In this document: piece by piece, positions 30,369-36,246 of the stretch
How positions within the stretch are numbered: the stretch's first letter is position 1
How the letters are laid out: each line of letters begins with the position of its first letter
Source: a virus
Lineage: Duplodnaviria; Heunggongvirae; Uroviricota; Caudoviricetes
Length of the DNA: 36,246 nt
Direction: 5' to 3' (one strand)
IMG/VR virus record: IMGVR_UViG_2703718820_000015
Coordinates: 1 to 36,246 of that record
Notes under the pieces: generated by a model
What the model was told of the DNA's origin: nothing
The model's database searches: none
The model's input: only the letters and a program-made list of their open reading frames with translations
Program-made: the position numbers and the translations under genes

Positions 30369-31028
30369 ATGAAAATGAAATGGTATGAACTGGCTAGATC
30401 CAGAATGAAAGAGCTCGGCATAACTCAAGAGAAGTTAGCTGAAGAGCTTGGTATGACGCAGGGTGGAATTGGTCACTGGTTGCGCGGATCTCGTCATCCA
30501 TCTCTTGACGAGATTGGTGTGGTGTTTAAATACCTTGGTATTGATAACGTCTCATTCAACCACGACGGTACATTTTCACCTGTTGGCGAATACTCATCTG
30601 CCCCCGTTAAAAAACAATATGAGTACCCTGTTTTTTCTCATGTTCAGGCCGGGATGTTCTCGCCTGAGCTTAGAACCTTTACCAAAGGTGATGCGGAGAG
30701 ATGGGTCAGCACAACCAAAAAAGCCAGTGATTGTGCGTTCTGGCTTGAAGTTGAAGGTAATTCCATGACCGCGCCAACAGGATCCAAGCCAAGCTTTCCT
30801 GACGGGATGTTAATTCTCGTTGACCCTGAGCAGGCTGTTGAGCCAGGTGATTTCTGCATAGCCAGACTTGGTGGTGACGAGTTTACCTTCAAGAAACTGA
30901 TCAGGGATAGCGGTCAGGTGTTCCTACAGCCACTAAACCCGCAATATCCAATGATTCCATGCAATGATAGCTGTTCCGTAGTAGGGAAAGTTATCGCCAG
31001 CCAGTGGCCTGAAGAGACATTTAGTTAA
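30369..31028 (+). CDS. cI: CI-type prophage repressor: heterologous HTH N-domain fused to a lambda-like S24 C-domain
   Basis: From [20 protein letters not shown] to the end the protein matches the lambda CI C-terminal domain as recalled; the N-terminal HTH domain is unrelated to lambda CI. Start is either 30369 or 30375. Confidence 0.9.
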   Translation: MKMKWYELARSRMKELGITQEKLAEELGMTQGGIGHWLRGSRHPSLDEIGVVFKYLGIDNVSFNHDGTFSPVGEYSSAPVKKQYEYPVFSHVQAGMFSPELRTFTKGDAERWVSTTKKASDCAFWLEVEGNSMTAPTGSKPSFPDGMLILVDPEQAVEPGDFCIARLGGDEFTFKKLIRDSGQVFLQPLNPQYPMIPCNDSCSVVGKVIASQWPEETFS

Positions 31029-31060
31029 CAGCCTCACAACTCTAAAACACACAACAATAA

Positions 31061-31089
31061 CCCGACCTTAGCGTCGGGTTTTCTTTTTC
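31061..31089 (+). terminator. Intrinsic terminator downstream of cI
   Basis: CCCGAC-CTTAGC-GTCGGG hairpin followed by TTTTCTTTTT. Confidence 0.7.
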
Positions 31090-31153
31090 CAAAATATAAA
31101 CCCATTAAATACAAAGCGTTATAAAAAACTAATTATATTTAGAACATTTTGTA

Positions 31154-31182
31154 TTGACTCGATAAAGTACAAATCGTACTAT
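31154..31182 (+). promoter_or_regulatory. pL promoter with overlapping operator OL1
   Basis: -35 TTGACT (31154-31159), 17-bp spacer, -10 TACTAT (31177-31182); operator-like AAGTACAAATCGTACT at 31165-31180, 14 of 16 identical to the OR site. Confidence 0.65.
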
Positions 31183-31223
31183 TTAGCCATCAGCAGGACG
31201 CACTAACCACCATTGAAGGTGAG

Positions 31224-31253
31224 GCTCTTAAAAATTTAGCCCTGAAGAAGGGC
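31224..31253 (+). promoter_or_regulatory. nutL (boxA GCTCTTAAA, boxB GCCCTGAAGAAGGGC)
   Basis: Matches lambda nutL as recalled, between pL and N. Confidence 0.85.
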
Positions 31254-31521
31254 AGCATTCAAAGCAGAAGGCTTTGGGGTGTGGTGAAGCCAGCTAGTCA
31301 CTGGCAAGTGCTTACCTACTGTTGAGCGGTGAAGCGCTCCCAACGCTAGCAATAGCGTGGACGAGATGGGGAGCCGCGGGCGATAAGGCCGCCATAACGC
31401 GCACGTTGTCGCATGGAAAAATCGCTGGGGTGCCGGTTATCCCCCTCCGAATGAGACTCAACAAGCTGGAGCTAGACTACCAGCCACCACACCACCAAAG
31501 CTAACTGACAGGAGAATCCAG

Positions 31522-31854
31522 ATGGATGCACAAACACGCCGCCGCGAACGTCGCGCAGAGAAACAGGCTCAATGGAAAGCAGCAAATCCCCTGTTGGTTG
31601 GGGTAAGCGCAAAACCAGTTAACCGCCCTATTCTCTCGCTGAATCGCAAACCGAAATCACGAGTAGAAAGCGCACTGAATCCGATAGACCTTACGGTGCT
31701 GGCTGAATACCACGAACAGATTGAAAGCAACCTGCAGCGTATTGAGCGCAAGAATCAGCGCACATGGTACAGCAAGCCACGCAGTGAAATGGGTGTGACT
31801 TGCTCAGGCCGCCAGAAGCAACGCGGAAAATCAATTCCAGCTTATTACGATTGA
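31522..31854 (+). CDS. N: Antitermination protein N (lambda type)
   Basis: 110 aa; arginine-rich motif MDAQTRRRERRAEKQAQWKAAN and most of the body match lambda N as recalled; C-terminus diverges. Confidence 0.9.
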   Translation: MDAQTRRRERRAEKQAQWKAANPLLVGVSAKPVNRPILSLNRKPKSRVESALNPIDLTVLAEYHEQIESNLQRIERKNQRTWYSKPRSEMGVTCSGRQKQRGKSIPAYYD

Positions 31855-31862
31855 GGTGAGAT

Positions 31863-32114
31863 ATGGAATTTCATGAAAGTGCGATTTGTGATTTTCGCGC
31901 TAACGCAAATTCAGTAAAACCACAGCCAATTGCAGTTCTTTTTAAAACAATGGGTTCGTGGGCTGTTTTATGCTTCGCCGCTGATGACACTGACGCAAGA
32001 ATGGCAATAGGCCAAGAGATGGAGATGGACCCGACAAACGCTGAATTCATAATTTATGGCGCTCCATCTAATTACTTACTTGATACCTGCAACATTTACA
32101 ACAAGGCTGCCTGA
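31863..32114 (+). CDS. Hypothetical protein (83 aa) in the ral/sieB position
   Basis: ORF immediately after N; ends in KAA; no family recognised. Confidence 0.45.
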   Translation: MEFHESAICDFRANANSVKPQPIAVLFKTMGSWAVLCFAADDTDARMAIGQEMEMDPTNAEFIIYGAPSNYLLDTCNIYNKAA

Positions 32115-32250
32115 TGGTGGCCTTCATTTTTGGCATAAACAACAGAATAAACACTGCACTGTGTATTCATTCCAACGAGTGAATACACGGAGCAATGTCG
32201 CTCGTAACTAAACAGGAGCCGACTTGTTCTGATTATTGGAAATCTTCTTT

Positions 32251-32277
32251 GCCCTCCAGTGTGAGGGCGATTTTTTA
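32251..32277 (+). terminator. Intrinsic terminator (tL-like)
   Basis: GCCCTC-CAGTGT-GAGGGC hairpin followed by GATTTTTTA. Confidence 0.7.
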
Positions 32278-32296
32278 TCTGTGAGGATATGAACAG

Positions 32297-32665
32297 ATGT
32301 CAAACATCAAAAAATACATCATTGATTACGACTGGAAAGCATCAATAGAAATTGAAATCGACCATGACGTAATGACAGAGGAAAAACTTCACCAGATTAA
32401 TAATTTCTGGTCAGACTCTGAATACCGACTCAATAAACACGGCTCTGTATTAAATGCTGTATTAATCATGCTGGCGCAACATGCTCTGCTTATAGCAATT
32501 TCAAGCGACTTAAATGCATATGGTGTTGTGTGTGAGTTCGACTGGAATGATGGAAATGGTCAGGAAGGATGGCCTCCAATGGATGGTAGCGAAGGAATAA
32601 GAATTACCGATATCGATACATCAGGAATATTTGATTCAGATGATATGACTATCAAAGCCGCCTGA
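32297..32665 (+). CDS. Hypothetical protein (122 aa), AT-rich
   Basis: ORF with upstream GAGGA; markedly AT-rich; ends in KAA; no family recognised. Confidence 0.5.
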   Translation: MSNIKKYIIDYDWKASIEIEIDHDVMTEEKLHQINNFWSDSEYRLNKHGSVLNAVLIMLAQHALLIAISSDLNAYGVVCEFDWNDGNGQEGWPPMDGSEGIRITDIDTSGIFDSDDMTIKAA

Positions 32666-32740
32666 GTGCGGCTTTACCGCATACCAATAACGCTTCACTC
32701 GAGGCGTTTTCGTTATGCAATCAAATATAAGGAGTTACCC

Positions 32741-32875
32741 ATGATGCACTTTCAGCTCGCGGGTAGCGGCGTCATGTCCGCTTTCTACCCGCACGAATCT
32801 GAATTATCACGCCGAGTTAAACAATTAATCAGAGCAGCAAAGAAACAACTGGAGGCGTTATGCGCAATGAAATAG
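32741..32875 (+). CDS. cIII: CIII-like protein (protease inhibitor protecting CII)
   Basis: 44 aa from the ATG at 32741 with strong AAGGAG SD; core YPHESELSRRVKQLIRAAKKQL parallels lambda CIII as recalled. ORF-track upstream extension rejected. Confidence 0.55.
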   Translation: MMHFQLAGSGVMSAFYPHESELSRRVKQLIRAAKKQLEALCAMK

Positions 32876-33009
32876 CCATCAATCACCAGATGCTTCGTGC
32901 GGCACAAAACAAAGCAGTAATAGCCAGATTTATTGGTGATTCCAAAATGTGGCTTGAAGCAAATAAAGAGATGAAATCAGCTATCAACCTTCCGTGGTAT
33001 CGCAGGAAA
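32860..33009 (+). CDS. kil: Kil-like small protein (candidate host cell-division inhibitor)
   Basis: 49 aa, GGAGG SD; motif AVIARFIGDSKMWLEANKEMK resembles lambda Kil as recalled. Confidence 0.5.
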
Positions 33010-33087
33010 TGAGTTTTACAGATAACTGGTCAGACGAAGAATTCATTCGTCAGATGAAAGAATTAATCGGTAACGAAGGAGATATTC

Positions 33088-33258
33088 ATGTCACTTGCAA
33101 CCACAGTGAAGGAGAGCAAGTTACAGAGACGCATGTACACGCAGAAAGCTCTCTGGTATCGCCATAATGGTGACCGCGAAGGAATGCGGGTATGCCTTAA
33201 TTTGTCCCGAGTCGAAGTATTAAATCAGCGTTATTTCCTTGGGCCGTGTCCATTCTGA
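33088..33258 (+). CDS. Small protein upstream of the annealing-protein gene (56 aa; absent from ORF track)
   Basis: ATG at 33088 preceded by a strong GAAGGAG SD; an overlapping 52-aa frame (33009-33167) is an alternative. Confidence 0.35.
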   Translation: MSLATTVKESKLQRRMYTQKALWYRHNGDREGMRVCLNLSRVEVLNQRYFLGPCPF

Positions 33259-33266
33259 GGTGAATT

Positions 33267-33974
33267 ATGGATTTGAATAAATTCGATGAGCCATTCAGCC
33301 CCGAAGATATCGAATGGCGAATACAGCAAAGCGGTAAAACACGCGATGGCAAGGTGTGGGCTATGGTGCTGGCTTATGTCACGAACCGGGCAATCATGAA
33401 ACGCCTGGACGATGTTTGCGGCAAAGCAGGATGGCGCAATGAATACCGCGATATTCCCAACAACGGCGGAGTTGAATGCGGCATATCAATCAAGATTGAT
33501 TCCGAATGGGTAACCAAATGGGATGCTGCTGAAAACACGCAGGTAGAAGCCGTCAAAGGTGGTCGTTCCGGTGCAATGAAGCGTGCTGCCGTTCAGTGGG
33601 GAATCGGTCGGTATCTGTATAACCTTGAGGAAGGTTTCGCACAAACATCTCTCGACAAAAAGCAGGGATGGCACAGGGCAAAACTCAAGGATGGAACAGG
33701 ATTTTACTGGCTCCCTCCATCGCTGCCGGGCTGGGCAATCCCAGCATCAGATAACAAACCATCACCAGAAAATACCAACCAGAAATCTCCATCGGTTGAC
33801 TGCGAACAAATCCTGAAAGACTTCAGCGATTATGCAGCGACAGAAACTGACAAGAAAAAACTCATCGAGCGTTATCAGCATGACTGGCAATTAATGGCTG
33901 GAAACGAGGAGGCGCAGGCTAAATGCGTTCAGGTAATGAACATCAGAGTTAACGAGCTAAAACAGGCGGCATAA
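33267..33974 (+). CDS. Single-strand annealing protein, probably Rad52/Erf superfamily
   Basis: 235 aa, GAGGTGA SD; motif KRAAVQWGIGRYLY resembles the conserved signature of phage Rad52-type annealing proteins (from memory); sits directly upstream of ssb. Confidence 0.6.
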   Translation: MDLNKFDEPFSPEDIEWRIQQSGKTRDGKVWAMVLAYVTNRAIMKRLDDVCGKAGWRNEYRDIPNNGGVECGISIKIDSEWVTKWDAAENTQVEAVKGGRSGAMKRAAVQWGIGRYLYNLEEGFAQTSLDKKQGWHRAKLKDGTGFYWLPPSLPGWAIPASDNKPSPENTNQKSPSVDCEQILKDFSDYAATETDKKKLIERYQHDWQLMAGNEEAQAKCVQVMNIRVNELKQAA

Positions 33975-34481
33975 ATGGCAAGCAGAGGCGTAAATAAGGT
34001 GATTATCCTTGGTCGGGTAGGACAAGACCCGGAAGTTCGATACTCACCATCAGGAACAGCGTTCGCTAACCTGACAATAGCCACGTCAGAACAATGGCGA
34101 GATAAAAATACTGGCGAGCAAAAGGAATTGACTGAATGGCATCGTGTTGCTGTATCCGGGAAACTGGCTGAGGTCGTGGGGCAGTATGTGAAAAAAGGTG
34201 ATCAGATTTATTTCGAGGGAATGCTGAGAACCAGAAAGTGGAAAGACCAGTCAGGGCAAGACCGTTACACAACCGAGGTTCATGTCGGAATTAATGGTGT
34301 GATGCAAATGCTTGGCGGCATTGGCGACAGCAAACAACAAGCATCCAGCAGGCAATCACAGAAGCCACAGCAGCAATCATCACCAGCACAACACAACGAA
34401 CCTCCGATGGATTTTGACGACGATATACCCTTTGCACCAGTAACTCTCCCCTTCCCTCGTCACGCTATTCACGCAATTTAA
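33975..34481 (+). CDS. ssb: Single-stranded DNA-binding protein with atypical C-terminal extension
   Basis: 168 aa; OB-fold N-terminus, Gln/Ser-rich linker, acidic tip MDFDDDIPF followed by 15 more residues ([15 protein letters not shown]) before the stop. Confidence 0.85.
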   Translation: MASRGVNKVIILGRVGQDPEVRYSPSGTAFANLTIATSEQWRDKNTGEQKELTEWHRVAVSGKLAEVVGQYVKKGDQIYFEGMLRTRKWKDQSGQDRYTTEVHVGINGVMQMLGGIGDSKQQASSRQSQKPQQQSSPAQHNEPPMDFDDDIPFAPVTLPFPRHAIHAI

Positions 34482-34494
34482 TCAGGAGAAAATC

Positions 34495-34788
34495 ATGCCA
34501 GCGCCTCTGTATGGTGCGGATGACCCGCGCCGCTGTTCCGGCAATTCCGTATCGGAGGTGCTGGATAAATTCAGAAAAAACTACGATCGAATAATGTCTC
34601 TACCGCAGGAAACGAAAGAGGAAAAGGAATTTCGCCACTGTATATGGCTTGCAGAGAAAGAAGAACGAGAGCGAATTTACCAGACATCAATCCGACCATT
34701 CCGCAAAGCCACATATACCCACTTCCCTGAAATTGACCCGCGCCTGCGTAATTACCGCTCACGCTATGGCGCTATCAGTAATGACTGA
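34495..34788 (+). CDS. Hypothetical protein (97 aa)
   Basis: ORF with GGAG SD 3 nt after ssb; no family recognised. Confidence 0.5.
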   Translation: MPAPLYGADDPRRCSGNSVSEVLDKFRKNYDRIMSLPQETKEEKEFRHCIWLAEKEERERIYQTSIRPFRKATYTHFPEIDPRLRNYRSRYGAISND

Positions 34789-34798
34789 GGAATTTACC

Positions 34799-34966
34799 AT
34801 GAGAGGACTTGCATACAATCCCGGCATTCTTCCGGCAGAAATGATTATTCGCCAACGCGTAAAGCCAATGCCATCGAGAGAGGAATTGCTTAAAAGAAAG
34901 AGTTTCGGTTCTGTTAATGACAACAAATATCTGAATGCGATGTGGCGCAAAGGAGGCAAACAGTGA
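34799..34966 (+). CDS. Hypothetical small protein (55 aa)
   Basis: ATG at 34799 with GAGG SD; ORF-track upstream extension overlaps the previous gene and is rejected. Confidence 0.4.
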   Translation: MRGLAYNPGILPAEMIIRQRVKPMPSREELLKRKSFGSVNDNKYLNAMWRKGGKQ

Positions 34967-35250
34967 GCGAAATTAATTACCAGGCACTGCGTGAAGCGGC
35001 AGAAAAAGCAACGTGTGGTGAGTGGTCGCTCGAATATGGAGAGAGCCGATTTGATTGTGATGATGCGCTAATTCATCGCGAGGCTGCTGGATATATTCCC
35101 ATTTGCAGAATTGAAGGAGCGCATCCTGAAAGCGGTTTCGATGAAGATTTCCAAATGGAACAGCAGGCCAATGCTGAATTCATCGCCGCAGCCAATCCGG
35201 CTACCGTCTTGGCGCTGCTTGGCGAGCTGGAAGCAGCAAAAAGCGCATAG
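34963..35250 (+). CDS. Ea22/Ead-like protein, N-terminal part (possible split gene)
   Basis: 95 aa from GTG at 34963 (GTGA overlap with the previous stop), or from the ATG at 34942; early-left region protein of unknown function. Confidence 0.4.
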   Translation: MSEINYQALREAAEKATCGEWSLEYGESRFDCDDALIHREAAGYIPICRIEGAHPESGFDEDFQMEQQANAEFIAAANPATVLALLGELEAAKSA

Positions 35251-35288
35251 CAGAACTGGAAGCCGAACCTGTAAGCCAAACTTACAAC

Positions 35289-35669
35289 TTGCCAGAATTA
35301 ATCGAGGGCATGGAAGTTTCCATTGATGTAAGCACTTGTGATGCTGATTTAGGCAATCGCTATTTCGGCACCGTCACCGAGGCGTTAGAACTTGATACAG
35401 CCAAGAATGGTTACATCCTCCTGGTTCAGGACGCAGAGACAAACTTCGATGTAAATGGCAACTCTCCGGGAACTCCGGATAGTTGGATTCCGGTAAGCGA
35501 AAGGATGCCGGAACCTTATGAATACGTTCTTGTAACTGATGGTTTTGATGGCTGTGAGGTTATGCGTGTTAATACAGATGGCTACTGGGGGCCAGCAAAG
35601 AGTTTATATCCAGGTAGTATTACCCACTGGATGCCACTGCCAGCAGCACCGCAGCAGGATGGTGAATGA
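35289..35669 (+). CDS. DUF551-like protein (C-terminal part of an Ea22-like gene?)
   Basis: 126 aa; motif WIPVSERMPEP...THWMPLPAAP typical of DUF551 as recalled. Start is uncertain (TTG at 35289 or ATG at 35310). Confidence 0.45.
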   Translation: MPELIEGMEVSIDVSTCDADLGNRYFGTVTEALELDTAKNGYILLVQDAETNFDVNGNSPGTPDSWIPVSERMPEPYEYVLVTDGFDGCEVMRVNTDGYWGPAKSLYPGSITHWMPLPAAPQQDGE

Positions 35670-35755
35670 TGCCGCCAGTTAAAGTTGTGATTATCACTTT
35701 GGTGATGATAGTGATTGCGAGAATCATGTCTGGTGAAGTTTGGTGGATATGGTAA
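35666..35755 (+). CDS. 29-aa hydrophobic peptide (single predicted TM helix)
   Basis: MMPPVKVVIITLVMIVIARIMSGEVWWIW; start overlaps the upstream stop (ATGATG). Confidence 0.3.
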   Translation: MMPPVKVVIITLVMIVIARIMSGEVWWIW

Positions 35756-35818
35756 TGGCTAAGGCAGCAGCAGAGCGCAACTAACAATCCTCGCATTCGC
35801 GGGGATTTCTTTTATCTG

Positions 35819-35844
35819 AACTCGCTACGGCGAGTTTTGTTTTA
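35819..35844 (+). terminator. Intrinsic terminator
   Basis: AACTCGC-TACG-GCGAGTT hairpin followed by TTTGTTTTA; a weaker hairpin with U-tract lies just upstream (35789-35815). Confidence 0.55.
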
Positions 35845-35856
35845 TGGAGATGATAA

Positions 35857-36024
35857 ATGTACTTCCGAGTCACAGGTGAATGGAATGGAGAACCATTCAA
35901 CAGAGTTATCGAAGCCGAGGACATCAACGACTGCTATAACCACTGGATGATATGGGCGCAGATAGCGCATGCAGACGTAACCAATATTCGAATTGAAGAA
36001 CTGAAAGAACACCAAACCGCCTGA
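35857..36024 (+). CDS. Hypothetical protein (55 aa)
   Basis: MYFRVTGEWNGEPFNRVIEAEDINDCYNHWMIWAQIAHADVTNIRIEELKEHQTA; GGAG SD; bracketed by terminators. Confidence 0.45.
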   Translation: MYFRVTGEWNGEPFNRVIEAEDINDCYNHWMIWAQIAHADVTNIRIEELKEHQTA

Positions 36025-36039
36025 TGGCGGTTTCTTTTT
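36014..36039 (+). terminator. Intrinsic terminator
   Basis: AACCGCC-TGAT-GGCGGTT hairpin followed by TCTTTTT, overlapping the upstream stop codon. Confidence 0.7.
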
Positions 36040-36054
36040 GCCTGGAGAATTAAG

Positions 36055-36246
36055 ATGACCGATACCAGCCTGATTCCTGAGAAAGAAGTGATGAACAAGC
36101 TCGGTGTTTCATCACGTCAGACAATCTGGAACTATACCAAACGGCATGGATTTCCGAAGCCAGTCAGAACCCACCCCAAATCATACCTTCGTGAAGCTGT
36201 TGAAGGGTGGATTCTTAACGGTGGCGTTAATCAGAAATGCTCCTGA
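36055..36246 (+). CDS. xis: Excisionase / AlpA-family DNA-binding protein
   Basis: 63 aa, basic HTH-like protein (LGVSSRQTIWNYTKRHGFPKP), AAGATG start region; position expected just before int, which would lie beyond the window end. Confidence 0.6.
   Translation: MTDTSLIPEKEVMNKLGVSSRQTIWNYTKRHGFPKPVRTHPKSYLREAVEGWILNGGVNQKCS

Larger units (their letters stand above)
388..36246. mobile_element. P22-like mosaic temperate phage / prophage (partial; integrase and att sites outside window)
   Basis: Contiguous, syntenic phage modules: tailspike, immI (ant-arc-mnt), ejection proteins, tail, head, portal, terminase, lysis, Q, nin, replication, cII-cro-cI-N, recombination, xis. Left boundary is not identifiable; it may lie between the UmuD'-like gene and the acyltransferase or further left. 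Confidence 0.9.

Noticed and set aside
31322-31504. 60-aa ORF in the N leader
   Set aside because: Falls in the untranslated leader between nutL and N; no SD and low-complexity translation.

Overview
The window is almost entirely a P22-like (Lederbergvirus-type) temperate phage genome, most likely an integrated prophage in an enterobacterial host, read in reverse relative to the usual P22 map. All calls are from reading the sequence and recalled protein families; no search was run. Order, left to right: an SOS-box-controlled UmuD'-like gene; an AT-rich acyltransferase-3 (O-antigen acetylase-like) gene; tailspike; the immI module ant-arc-mnt with recognisable Arc and Mnt operators; two AT-rich secreted-protein genes coupled to mnt; DNA-ejection, tail, head, portal and terminase genes; three small unknown genes and a ~550 bp ORF-poor stretch; a lambda-type lysis cassette (S, R, Rz/Rz1); PR'/qut/tR'; Q; a nin region (NinH, RusA, Rha/KilAC, NinF, NinE, Dam methylase, NinB); DnaB-type helicase and an O-like initiator with internal iterons; cII, tR1, nutR, cro; a hybrid cI; pL, nutL, N; then an early-left region (cIII-like, Kil-like, Rad52-type annealing protein, SSB, Ea22/DUF551-like, Xis-like). 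The integrase and att sites are not in the window. The best candidates for undescribed biology are the mnt-coupled secreted-protein pair at the position where P22 carries sieA, the pre-truncated UmuD'-like gene behind a LexA box, and an SSB whose acidic tip is not C-terminal.
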